Virus record (IMG/VR): IMGVR_UViG_3300021364_000016
Span: 4,494 to 68,493 of that record
Direction: 5' to 3' (one strand)
DNA from: a virus
DNA: 64,000 nucleotides
The number at the start of each line of letters is the position of its first letter. Within the stretch, counting starts at the first letter, position 1. A program made the position numbers and the translations under genes. This document shows positions 54,559 to 63,545 of this stretch, piece by piece. The notes beneath the pieces were generated by a model. That model ran no database searches, had not been told where the DNA came from, and saw only the letters and a program-made list of their open reading frames with translations.

Positions 54559-54815
54559 TATAAACGTAGTCCTTCTTGTTCTTCTTTAAATCTCTTATTT
54601 TCTTCTAAAAAATCTTTTAAATTTTCTTCATCAATACAGGCAACTCTCTCGACTGGTTGTGGGCTGCCATATTCCTTTAAAAGTCTTTCACCATAAACGG
54701 CAATGTGAGGTGGATAAGTTGCCGACCACAAACATTCATCTACAGAATCAAAATTAGGCTTATAGAAGACGAACTGATGTCCAGCCGTAAAGAATATTAT
54801 TAAAAACCATTTCAT
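54558..54815 (-). CDS. Small secreted hypothetical
   Basis: MKWFLIIFF; late promoter at 54848-54855. Confidence 0.55.
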   Translation of the reverse strand: MKWFLIIFFTAGHQFVFYKPNFDSVDECLWSATYPPHIAVYGERLLKEYGSPQPVERVACIDEENLKDFLEENKRFKEEQEGLRL

Positions 54816-54856
54816 TATATTTCCTAACCATTATATTATCCTACTTTTATTTATAA

Positions 54857-56224
54857 TCACAATTTAAAATCTTCGAATCGTTTGCCAGTAGTAGTGTTAT
54901 CAAAAACTGGAGTATCATCAGTTAAAGTTTGTTCGCTTTCTTCAACATCATATAATCTCATTTTAGATCGGTCAATACCTACCACGAATCTACGATGATT
55001 CGTGGGATCATTGTAGCGATTCTTAAGTTGTTTAACCATGATTTGTCCTTCTTTGTCAAGCTCTTCTGTTGAGATAAGGGCAAACATGAGGTCTGCAGTA
55101 GCGGGTAATCCAAAAGACTCGGACGTATCTTCAAGCCCAACATCCGAGTTACTATAACCTGAGCGAGTCGTTTGCGTTGCAGAGAATATCGGTACTTCGA
55201 ACTCAACCGCAAGACCTCGTAGTTCCTCAGCAATTGCTTTAATGTAAGTGTATGAATTGATTGCACCACCCATTCCTTTCATTCTTGATGAGGCACAGAT
55301 ATTTAAGTAATCAATAAAGATAATATCTGGCTCAAATTGTTTCTTTAATTTTAATTCATTTAGTAATCCACGGAAATGACCGGTATGAGCTGAACCGGTA
55401 GGATATTCTTTTACGATTAACTTACCAGTTGTCTTACGAGCAAGATCAGCGACTTTAGTAGTAAACTGATCTTTTGACATATTTTCAAGTTGATCAATAG
55501 GTACATTTAGTAAGTTAGCATCGATACGTTCAGCAATTCGTTCTTCAGCCATTTCCATTGTAATATAGAGAACATTTTTACCTTCAACTAAAGCCGCAGC
55601 AGCAACGTGACACATAAACAAAGATTTACCGACACCAGTGCCAGCAAGAGCAATGTTGAGAGTTTTATTGGGAACGCCGCCTTTTGTGATTTTGTTGAAG
55701 TACTCGAGATCAAAAGGTATCCTGTCTTCTTCGGTGTGGTAGAATTCATATCTTTCCTCTACATTTTCAATATAATCATGACCAACATTACGATCGAATC
55801 CTACACCAAGAGCTTTCGATAAAAGATCTGGTAAAGCGCCTTTTGTAAGTGAGTCATGTTTTCCATCAATAATTGATATTGATTCCATTACAGCATTATA
55901 GATTGCTCTATCTTGACACCACTTTTCAGTAGAGTCAAGGAGCCACTGTTCATCAACTCTTTCATCAGAAAAGAGATGCGGAAGAATATCAATTGCCATC
56001 GAATACTTTTCACCAGATAAAGTTTCTGAATTATCTAGTTCTACTTTAAAAGCTTCTTTCGCTGGCAGTTTATTATATTTTGCCACGTATTTACCAGCTT
56101 CTTTAAATAGAATTCTATAGATTCCTTCAAAGTAATCTGGTTTAATAAATGGCAAAACTTTTCGCATGTACTTCTCATCAGTGAGAAGATTACGTAAAAT
56201 AATTTGTTCAAGATTTGTCTGCAA
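54857..56224 (-). CDS. gp41: Replicative DNA helicase gp41
   Basis: AGTGVGKS, TMEMAEERIAERID, KEYPT, IDYLNIC, SATQT.R, KQLKNRY. Confidence 0.97.
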   Translation of the reverse strand: MQTNLEQIILRNLLTDEKYMRKVLPFIKPDYFEGIYRILFKEAGKYVAKYNKLPAKEAFKVELDNSETLSGEKYSMAIDILPHLFSDERVDEQWLLDSTEKWCQDRAIYNAVMESISIIDGKHDSLTKGALPDLLSKALGVGFDRNVGHDYIENVEERYEFYHTEEDRIPFDLEYFNKITKGGVPNKTLNIALAGTGVGKSLFMCHVAAAALVEGKNVLYITMEMAEERIAERIDANLLNVPIDQLENMSKDQFTTKVADLARKTTGKLIVKEYPTGSAHTGHFRGLLNELKLKKQFEPDIIFIDYLNICASSRMKGMGGAINSYTYIKAIAEELRGLAVEFEVPIFSATQTTRSGYSNSDVGLEDTSESFGLPATADLMFALISTEELDKEGQIMVKQLKNRYNDPTNHRRFVVGIDRSKMRLYDVEESEQTLTDDTPVFDNTTTGKRFEDFKL

Positions 56225-56624
56225 GTTTACCTTCTTTCCTCATTTGTGCACGGATCTTAGTAGCAGATATATCGTGTATCTCTTTTCCAAGATCATGTTC
56301 TGTAAATGTATAACCAACACCTCGACCGTAACTGATGTCAACAATGTTTGGTACTACTATTATAACATAATCTTCGTCGAATGTAAACCCTTCTTTTGAT
56401 AAGTTCTGAATAATATTAGTCATCACAGTTTCTTTATCAAAAGGATTATCATCTTGTCCAGGCACTCTTGCATTTGCTTCAGTGTTAGACGGTACGCGTC
56501 TGACCATAATACAAACTTGTCCTGTCATTGCATGAATTCTTTTAAATAGTTCAGTATGACCGTCATGCCACGGTTGCCACCTACCTAGCATCTGCACAGT
56601 AGGTTTTTCCCAATCGAATTTCAT
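56208..56624 (-). CDS. Small HIGH-family nucleotidyltransferase
   Basis: GRWQPWHDGH, DNPF, YGRGVGY, ISATKIR. Confidence 0.8.
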   Translation of the reverse strand: MKFDWEKPTVQMLGRWQPWHDGHTELFKRIHAMTGQVCIMVRRVPSNTEANARVPGQDDNPFDKETVMTNIIQNLSKEGFTFDEDYVIIVVPNIVDISYGRGVGYTFTEHDLGKEIHDISATKIRAQMRKEGKLADKS

Positions 56625-57038
56625 TTATTCTCCTCGTAATATATCTTTACTTATATCTTCTATTTCTTCATCGCTAAGAAATTTATCGACTTTATAATCA
56701 ATTAGTGAAGGTATCTCAAACATAGCATTTGTATCTTCAAATCTACCTTCTGAAATAGTATCAAGCCAAATCACAATGTCTGGATTAAATGCATCTCTTG
56801 TTTTACGAGTAGGACAGACAAAATCGCAGATAACATATCTATTATTTTGTTTTTCAAAATCAGCAAATGTTTTCATACGATTTGCCTGCCTTACTCTGCC
56901 TTCAGGAGAGAAGTCCCAATCGTTCGCCATCTGACGAACTTTGTCTGCATTATACCAAGCACATTCTAAATGCTTTTGTAATCTTTCTGATAGCCAGGTT
57001 TTACCTGCTCCGGGTAATCCCATTACTAATATTTTCAT
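56625..57038 (-). CDS. Adenylylsulfate-kinase-like P-loop kinase
   Basis: GLPGAGKT, NAD.VR, DFS.EGR.RQA.R, DFVCP, FE.P. Confidence 0.75.
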   Translation of the reverse strand: MKILVMGLPGAGKTWLSERLQKHLECAWYNADKVRQMANDWDFSPEGRVRQANRMKTFADFEKQNNRYVICDFVCPTRKTRDAFNPDIVIWLDTISEGRFEDTNAMFEIPSLIDYKVDKFLSDEEIEDISKDILRGE

Positions 57039-57334
57039 TGTATTAGTTTCTCCTTAAAATCTATATAACCTCCTTCAATACCTTTTTCAAGAATATCATT
57101 GAGTATTTCACCAGCAATTTTTTGTAATTCTGGATTATTTTCAGTTACGATTTCTTCTGATTCTACATTATGAAGAACTGAGAAATTAAAACTTAAATGA
57201 CCAGCTTTTTCATTGGCAGCAATTGCGTCGAATCTAATAATAGTTTCGACGAAATCACCTGTTAAAATTCTTACTGCCCAATGATCTGAAGACTCTTCAA
57301 AAGGAACAAGTTCGTAATCTACATTTTCCTTCAT
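57035..57334 (-). CDS. gp40-position hypothetical protein
   Basis: Acidic ORF after uvsX; W.VRILTG.F.ET. Confidence 0.5.
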   Translation of the reverse strand: MKENVDYELVPFEESSDHWAVRILTGDFVETIIRFDAIAANEKAGHLSFNFSVLHNVESEEIVTENNPELQKIAGEILNDILEKGIEGGYIDFKEKLIQ

Positions 57335-58332
57335 ATCTTATATTTTTCTTTCAGATGTTCTGCAAATCCTTGATCAAAAATAGGAGTCCAAAAGCTTTCT
57401 TCTAAAGTATCTTTTTCTCTTACTTTCGGATCAACTAATTCTCCAGTTTCTTGATCAACTCGTTGATACCAACCATTCGAAGGTTTTGTAACATAACCAC
57501 TTTCAAGCGCTACATCAAGTAGACCACTATACTTTTGTACGCCACCTTCCCAAGAAACAGAAATAGGAATTTTAGATTTTTCTTTTACGTAACGAGACTT
57601 TTCAATATTTACTACAAAATGGTAACCTTTAATTTCTGTACCTTGTTTGTCTTGCTGACGACCAAGAATCCAGATGTGATCGGCTGAATAGTAAATACCT
57701 GTTCCGCCAGAGACAATAGCTTTTGGAAACAAACCAATTTCTTGATATGTGTGATTGACTGCAATCAAAGGAATATCTTTCATATTCAGATATGGAGTTG
57801 TCATTCTGAAGAGACCTTTAAGAGCTTTTGCTCTTGACATATCTGCTACTGATTTTTCGTTAATAGCATCTTCAAGTTCTTTTTTAGATGCAAGGTTACC
57901 AACAGAATCGATCATTACAACTACTTTATCGCCACGATCTAGAGCTTCAAGTTGACCAATCAGATCGAACTTTAGTTCTTCTACATTTGTAATTGGCGTA
58001 TGTAGAACTCTACTTGTATCGATATCAAAATTTTCAAAGTAAGATTGAGGTGAACCAAACTCTGAATCATAAAAAAGTAATACAGATTCAGGATATTTTT
58101 TCAAATATGCTGAAGCCATAATAAGACCAAAAGAAGTCTTGAAGTGTTTTGAAGGACCAGCAAGGACTGTAAGACCAGGCGCAAGGCCTCCATCAACAGA
58201 ACCAGATAGAGCGACGTTAATCATCGGAACATCTGTTGCTACCATATCCTTTTCATTAAAAAATTTAGAATCAGCAAGGATTGCAGTTTCTTTTACCTTA
58301 CTATTCTTTTTCAATTTATCCATTATTGACAT
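57331..58332 (-). CDS. uvsX: RecA-like recombinase UvsX
   Basis: AGPSKHFKT, YDSEFG, DS.GNLASKKE, SGG.G.YY. Confidence 0.97.
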   Translation of the reverse strand: MSIMDKLKKNSKVKETAILADSKFFNEKDMVATDVPMINVALSGSVDGGLAPGLTVLAGPSKHFKTSFGLIMASAYLKKYPESVLLFYDSEFGSPQSYFENFDIDTSRVLHTPITNVEELKFDLIGQLEALDRGDKVVVMIDSVGNLASKKELEDAINEKSVADMSRAKALKGLFRMTTPYLNMKDIPLIAVNHTYQEIGLFPKAIVSGGTGIYYSADHIWILGRQQDKQGTEIKGYHFVVNIEKSRYVKEKSKIPISVSWEGGVQKYSGLLDVALESGYVTKPSNGWYQRVDQETGELVDPKVREKDTLEESFWTPIFDQGFAEHLKEKYKI

Positions 58333-58344
58333 ATATTTTCTCTC

Positions 58345-59154
58345 CTATCCAAAAAACTCGTCTAAAGAATTTTGTTGGCTTGATTGATAAGCCTTCTTGT
58401 GTTGAATTGTTGTTTGTAATTTAGTAAGACCTTTCCATGGTCCGTTAGGTACAACTTTTTCTTTTGTTTTGACGAAATCAGGCCAAAGCTTTTGTAATTC
58501 TAATTGAGCTTGATTATGGACTTCTACTGTTCTCCAAGTAGAACATCCACCCGGTGCGTTTGTTTCTGCGCATGATACTATATATCTACCACTAATACGA
58601 TTCTTAAAACCTCGAGTTAAAAGTTGTAGATTAATATCGAAATCTTCAGCAGCTTCTACTCGACACCATTCAAGATCTCGTGGAATATTAGGACCGTCAA
58701 AGAACCAATTAGTCATCATACGACCATTTTCGCTGTATGGCCAACTATCAAGACTTGGAATTACCCAAGTAGTAGAAAGACCGCCGTAACGAATACCTTC
58801 ATCCATCCAAGTATTCAGTGTCTCAAACATATCTTCAAAATCTTTTTCATCAAAAGCTTTTGTTTTCCATTTAGTATCACCACCGGTATTTGGTTCACGT
58901 ACTACAAAATTAAGATCATCATCATATACAACATGACGTTCATCTTTAAACTGATTAAAAATATATTCTCGAGTAGCAGCAATTTTATTAATACTACCTG
59001 GAAGACGCATTACTTGACTAGGATATCTTGAAGACATCTCATCAAACTCATGTTCTTGTACTACAAATGTAGTTTTGTCTTGATATTGCTTAGGCAGATT
59101 TTTGTATGTAATCTGCTTGTCCATTCTTCCAAGAGTTGGAATTAGAATTTTCAT
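58345..59154 (-). CDS. DNA-base glycosyltransferase (TET-associated/GREB1-like GT-A)
   Basis: IPTLGR, R..I, YDDDL, EDFD..LQLL..G, APGGCS..R. Confidence 0.7.
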   Translation of the reverse strand: MKILIPTLGRMDKQITYKNLPKQYQDKTTFVVQEHEFDEMSSRYPSQVMRLPGSINKIAATREYIFNQFKDERHVVYDDDLNFVVREPNTGGDTKWKTKAFDEKDFEDMFETLNTWMDEGIRYGGLSTTWVIPSLDSWPYSENGRMMTNWFFDGPNIPRDLEWCRVEAAEDFDINLQLLTRGFKNRISGRYIVSCAETNAPGGCSTWRTVEVHNQAQLELQKLWPDFVKTKEKVVPNGPWKGLTKLQTTIQHKKAYQSSQQNSLDEFFG

Positions 59155-59518
59155 CGATATATCTCCTGCATTCACTTAATTTCATACTAATAAATTTATC
59201 GTCATTGATCTGTCTATTTAGAGGAGAAGGATGTGGTAGAACAAAATGTTCTTTATATCCTAATCTTTTTAAATAATCAGATACCATTTTACCTAATGTT
59301 ATAATTATATCACAATCTTCAACAGATGTACATACAAAATCTTTATCAATTGTATCAAATTTACGATCCCAATTGATATCATTTGATAGATTTATAAATG
59401 TAAAAAATTGTAGATCTAGTTCTGCTGTCCATTTTCTTAAACGAGCGAGAGCCGAGCCGCTGTAAACGGCTCGGCTTTTAGAAGGGTTCATCCCTACTAT
59501 TAGTACTTTACTATCCAC
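59090..59518 (-). CDS. Uracil-DNA-glycosylase-superfamily protein
   Basis: IVGMNPS, ITLG, LPHPSPLNR. Confidence 0.6.
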   Translation of the reverse strand: MDSKVLIVGMNPSKSRAVYSGSALARLRKWTAELDLQFFTFINLSNDINWDRKFDTIDKDFVCTSVEDCDIIITLGKMVSDYLKRLGYKEHFVLPHPSPLNRQINDDKFISMKLSECRRYIDENSNSNSWKNGQADYIQKSA

Positions 59519-59732
59519 TAGATTTTAAGATATGAGCCATATCTTCTTCCAATCTATGGATACGGAATTTGAGCTCAGCAATCTGATGCTCACGTTCTTC
59601 AACAGTTTTGATAGACGATTCTTCTTCCTTAAACTTGCGAAAAATATAATCATAATATCCTTCACGAGGTTTTTTCTGAGTAGAACCGCCATTCGACCCC
59701 TGCTTCATCGAATAACTCCTTAGTCTTTTCAC
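59511..59732 (-). CDS. Hypothetical protein
   Basis: Coupled small ORF. Confidence 0.45.
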   Translation of the reverse strand: MKRLRSYSMKQGSNGGSTQKKPREGYYDYIFRKFKEEESSIKTVEEREHQIAELKFRIHRLEEDMAHILKSSG

Positions 59733-60117
59733 AAGACTTTTTCCAGTGTTCTGGTAAAGGCAAATCAGCCATTACCACTCGTTTTACTCCTACTTGAATA
59801 ACACCTTTTGCACAATCTGAACAAACTGGTAAGCCATACACATATAAAGTAGAGCCATCAAGTGAAGTGCCATTATAACTTGCGTTATAAATTACGTTCA
59901 TTTCTGCATGTACTATTAATTCATATTTTTTCTCTCTGTTCTCATAGTTAGTTAAACTGTCTGAAATACCTCTAGGAAAACCATTATAACCTTGTGCTAG
60001 CACTTGACCTTTTGGTCCTACTGCTACTGCACCAATTTTTCTAGAAGGATCTTTAGACCAACTTGCAACATGTTTTGCAAGTTCCAAATAACGTCTATCC
60101 CATTTATCCTTTGACAA
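59662..60117 (-). CDS. dCMP deaminase (start approximate)
   Basis: WSKDPS..IGAV, GYNG.PRG, HAEMN, PVC..CAK..IQ.G. Confidence 0.9.
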   Translation of the reverse strand: MSKDKWDRRYLELAKHVASWSKDPSRKIGAVAVGPKGQVLAQGYNGFPRGISDSLTNYENREKKYELIVHAEMNVIYNASYNGTSLDGSTLYVYGLPVCSDCAKGVIQVGVKRVVMADLPLPEHWKKSCEKTKELFDEAGVEWRFYSEKTS

Positions 60118-60775
60118 GGTTGAAGTGTCGTTCGTAGACGTGGAGGTTTTGGACTTGCCACTTAATTGTACCGACACTGATTTCTTTTTCTGAAAGATCT
60201 TTGTAATCATTCGTAAAACTTTCCAAAACAAATTTTTGCCAAGCGTAATCGTTTTTATAACCATATACTACATCATTAGATCTCATTTGTACAACTGCAT
60301 GCATTTGATCGTCACGAATATAATACGTTACTGCATTCGTACAAATAAAGTCGTTCTTGTTATTTTCATTCCATTCCATCCAAATAGATGGTCTATTATA
60401 TATCATTGCTGCTCTACGTGAATCTGGATTAAAAAGCAATTCATCAAGAGCGCTTTGATATTGTAAAAAGTATTTATCGCCGTAAATTAGTCGGCCATAA
60501 TTACTGTTAATCTCTCCGTGTTTGTTTGCACTAGCGAGCCAAGCTGCTGGAGGTTCAGCGTCAGGTCGTATATCATATATGTTAGTAGACTGAGACTGAT
60601 ACCAATCAAGCTCAGCATCAACATAGTCTTGATTAACTTTGCCGAAGATTGCCGGTTCGTCGGCTTCAAATGATGCACCGATAAGCTCAATAGTCTTTTG
60701 TCCAGATCTGTCAACTGTGAAGTTTTCATCCTTTAATTCCTTTATAAAATGGTTTCGTATATCATTCACCTTCAT
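60104..60775 (-). CDS. gp42: dCMP hydroxymethylase (T4 gp42-like thymidylate-synthase fold)
   Basis: INSNYG, SRRA.MIYNRPS, DFICTN, MRSNDVVYGYKNDYAWQ, LHVYERHF. Confidence 0.85.
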   Translation of the reverse strand: MKVNDIRNHFIKELKDENFTVDRSGQKTIELIGASFEADEPAIFGKVNQDYVDAELDWYQSQSTNIYDIRPDAEPPAAWLASANKHGEINSNYGRLIYGDKYFLQYQSALDELLFNPDSRRAAMIYNRPSIWMEWNENNKNDFICTNAVTYYIRDDQMHAVVQMRSNDVVYGYKNDYAWQKFVLESFTNDYKDLSEKEISVGTIKWQVQNLHVYERHFNLVKG

Positions 60776-61118
60776 TGGTCGGTCCTGTCATTTTTGGTCG
60801 ATTAAGAAAGTCGCGGTCAGGTGTTTGACCTTCCATTTTACCTTGCATATAAGATGCAAAGAAAGAAGCATAATTAATTAAGTCAACACATGAGTCTTCA
60901 AGCGATTCAAAGTTAGGTTCATAACTTGGATCAAGTTCCATTGCTTCCATAACAGATTGCATACGAAGAACTTTAGCAGCCATTGTATCAAGAATAGTTG
61001 CACAACCACGTGGATAGTACATTGCTTGTTTGATACGCGACTTCGGATTTTGATAATCATCAGATTTTTTAGTTTGTACTTCAGCAGCACGCTTCAGTAC
61101 TTCAAGAGAATATTTCAT
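60762..61118 (-). CDS. Nucleotide-modification-associated helical protein (DUF1599/Nmad1-like)
   Basis: KKSDDY, K..R, ESLEDS..DLINY. Confidence 0.6.
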   Translation of the reverse strand: MKYSLEVLKRAAEVQTKKSDDYQNPKSRIKQAMYYPRGCATILDTMAAKVLRMQSVMEAMELDPSYEPNFESLEDSCVDLINYASFFASYMQGKMEGQTPDRDFLNRPKMTGPTNEGE

Positions 61119-61349
61119 TTATACCTCACAGTCGTAGATTGCTCGAACAAGATTTTCATCAGAAGTTTCTAGTTGAACAATATTTTTAAAGTGTTTATGA
61201 AATGTTTGACAGAGATTTGTGTAATCACCGCTTTTCATTTCTTCTATAATAGATTTATAATCATAGCCAAGTTGTTTTGCCCATGATTGAGCTTGACCGA
61301 GCAAGAAAAACGCATTTCCATCAGGTCCGTCTAGATCAATAATTCTCAT
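61119..61349 (-). CDS. Early hypothetical protein
   Basis: IDL.GPDGNAF.LLG, M.SGDY. Confidence 0.6.
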   Translation of the reverse strand: MRIIDLDGPDGNAFFLLGQAQSWAKQLGYDYKSIIEEMKSGDYTNLCQTFHKHFKNIVQLETSDENLVRAIYDCEV

Positions 61350-61621
61350 TAGTTTACCTCCCAACCAAGATTATCTGCAACCCAAGTATTACCAAAGTCT
61401 TTTGCAAGAGCGATAACAACACCTTCACGAATAGCTGTATCGAGACTGCTAACTTTATCTGAAGCAGATTTAATCTGACCGCTGTTAATATGATCCATAA
61501 CTTCTTGAGAATCATCAGCATCTTGTTGGTACATCTCAGACATTTCCTCTTTGATTGCCCAATCAGACTTTGCTTCGTTCTTGAGTTCTGTGATTAGCTT
61601 AGTTAAGTTTGACATTTCCAT
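61349..61621 (-). CDS. Early hypothetical protein
   Basis: First gene after cassette 9. Confidence 0.65.
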   Translation of the reverse strand: MEMSNLTKLITELKNEAKSDWAIKEEMSEMYQQDADDSQEVMDHINSGQIKSASDKVSSLDTAIREGVVIALAKDFGNTWVADNLGWEVN

Positions 61622-61723
61622 CGTATTTCCTCTCTTTTTTCATTTTATAGATATATTATACCATAAAAAAGAGACAATGTAAACAAAAAAATGCATTTTA
61701 TTTGAAAAAAAGTGCATTTTTTT
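61622..61723 (-). promoter_or_regulatory. Early promoter cassette copy 9
   Basis: TTTACA(61678-61683)-17-TATAAT(61655-61660); inverted repeats; GAGAGG SD. Confidence 0.85.
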
Positions 61724-62197
61724 TTATAAGTATTGATCTAAATTTGAATTTAATGGATAAGGGAACCTATGAGTCTTTTTATCTAGTTGTTTTAAAGCTT
61801 CTACTGCATCAACCATACCACATATTTCATATCCTACTGATACGCCTTCTTCTAATTGCTTCCAAACATTATTATTAAACCATTTCCAAACAACGATATA
61901 TTTTACTTTTCCTGACTCTATTTGTTTTTTAGTGTATTCAGAGATATGTATACCTTTATGACTATATTGTTTATAATCAAGTTCTCCATAATCTTCATGC
62001 ATGGTATCATATTGAAATCCATAATAGTAAGTTTGTTTAGGATCTATGATTGATTGATGATATTCTGGAAATTCGCAATCTGCACCCATAATTCCCATCT
62101 TCATGGTTTTAGATTTTTTATCTCTCATCTGAATAAAATCAGAATCAGGTGCTCCAAAGATTGTTCTAGAGATTTCTATAGACGTATTCAATTGCAC
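61724..62197 (-). CDS. Hypothetical protein
   Basis: 157 aa ORF coupled to the primase-like gene. Confidence 0.5.
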   Translation of the reverse strand: MQLNTSIEISRTIFGAPDSDFIQMRDKKSKTMKMGIMGADCEFPEYHQSIIDPKQTYYYGFQYDTMHEDYGELDYKQYSHKGIHISEYTKKQIESGKVKYIVVWKWFNNNVWKQLEEGVSVGYEICGMVDAVEALKQLDKKTHRFPYPLNSNLDQYL

Positions 62198-63095
62198 GAT
62201 CAGCCTCCTTATTTAGTGGACGATTTTCATACCATTTACCATTATCTAAATCAAAATCACGACACATCACAGCGATTTCATCTGCTGTAATAGGATATTT
62301 ACGCTTTACTGCATTACCAGCAAGCGCAACCATGATTTGGTACATCTTATGATACCATCCGGTTTTGTTAATTGTTTGATATTCTGCTGCTAAATTCTTT
62401 GGCCAAAAAGTACAATCACGATAAGAAGACCATTCGAAGTTTTGATCTAGTTGTGACTTTCGGTATTCAATTATTTCTTGTTGTAATTTTTCAGGTAACC
62501 TATCGAAAAAACTATTGAGATTAGATTTTTCTGGCATAGGATGTTTAAACATTAATTCGTCAGCGTCAACACATACACCGTCAGGATTACTGAATATAAA
62601 ATTGTAGGAATCAGCATACTCAGCAGGGATATAATACATACGAGACAAGTCTTTAGTTTGTTTGTCTCCGAGATCTCCCAATTCTGTTTGGAGAGAAAAC
62701 CAAAAAGATTTAATCTTGGAATTGGGAACTGCTTTTTTAAGTGGGAACACAAGACGAAACTTTGGTAAATCAATAGTGCTACTTGCAGTAGAGTAGCAGA
62801 TAAAACGATAATGACCAAAGCGTTGAATAAGCTCATTTTTTAAATCTCCTTCAAATTCAAAATCATCAACATCAACTGCACACCAACCAGACCATTCAAT
62901 AACATTATCGTTCTTACGAGTTGTGTTATCCATATAAATGGCTGGTGACATTAGTTCTGCTGATTTCTTATCTTTTCTAGGCATTTTTGATAAATCATAT
63001 AGAACGCGTTCAAACGCATCGAAATCTTTGAGATCGATACGCTTGTCCGTTTTATTATCAAAAATATTATTGAAAAGAGTCAGAGATATTTCCAT
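62166..63095 (-). CDS. Primase-polymerase (AEP)-like protein
   Basis: AVDVDD, YST.S, KFRLVFPL, D...KDLSRMYY.P. Confidence 0.65.
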   Translation of the reverse strand: MEISLTLFNNIFDNKTDKRIDLKDFDAFERVLYDLSKMPRKDKKSAELMSPAIYMDNTTRKNDNVIEWSGWCAVDVDDFEFEGDLKNELIQRFGHYRFICYSTASSTIDLPKFRLVFPLKKAVPNSKIKSFWFSLQTELGDLGDKQTKDLSRMYYIPAEYADSYNFIFSNPDGVCVDADELMFKHPMPEKSNLNSFFDRLPEKLQQEIIEYRKSQLDQNFEWSSYRDCTFWPKNLAAEYQTINKTGWYHKMYQIMVALAGNAVKRKYPITADEIAVMCRDFDLDNGKWYENRPLNKEADRAIEYVYRNL

Positions 63096-63486
63096 GATTT
63101 CCTTCATGTGTAGGACCTTGCCATCCTTCAGGTTTTACAAGATCTGGCAAACCGAGAGGATTTGGTCGACCTTCTTTAATTCCAACTTCTTTAGACATAT
63201 TCGCTTTATATACCTGATCCCAAGCTTTGTTGGCATCAACACCGAATACTTCTAAAGTACCAATTGCAAAAACACATAGATCAATAATGCCATCAACTAC
63301 TTCTTCAGGATTCTTTTCAGCGACAGCATTTTTAGTTTCATCTAATTCTTCTTGCATCATAGCTAATCTAAATTGCATAAACTTTTCAAGTCTAGACCAT
63401 TCAGATTTCTTTTCTTTTTCCATCCATTTGTCAACACCATACTTTTGGTGCATAACAACCATATCATGAAACCAATTTTTACTCAT
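63067..63486 (-). CDS. MazG/PRA-PH-like dNTP pyrophosphohydrolase
   Basis: EELDE, EVVDG..D, V..ANMSK, LVKPEGW..P. Confidence 0.8.
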   Translation of the reverse strand: MSKNWFHDMVVMHQKYGVDKWMEKEKKSEWSRLEKFMQFRLAMMQEELDETKNAVAEKNPEEVVDGIIDLCVFAIGTLEVFGVDANKAWDQVYKANMSKEVGIKEGRPNPLGLPDLVKPEGWQGPTHEGNHGNISDSFQ

Positions 63487-63511
63487 TTAACAATACTCCA
63501 TTCTTAAGGTA

Positions 63512-63540
63512 ATTATAATATATTTTATTTGAAATGTACA
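63512..63540 (-). promoter_or_regulatory. Sigma70-type promoter
   Basis: TGTACA-17-TATAAT upstream of 63486. Confidence 0.6.
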
Positions 63541-63545
63541 CAACT

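Noticed and set aside
60104-60775. Second thymidylate synthase (thyA)
   Set aside because: Motifs match T4 gp42 (RSNDVV.G..NDYAW) and ThyX is already present
9163-61723. Repeated TGCATTTTTTTGTTTACA elements as a CRISPR array or insertion-sequence ends
   Set aside because: Dispersed rather than regularly spaced, with no spacers or transposase; each sits at a -35/-10/SD position
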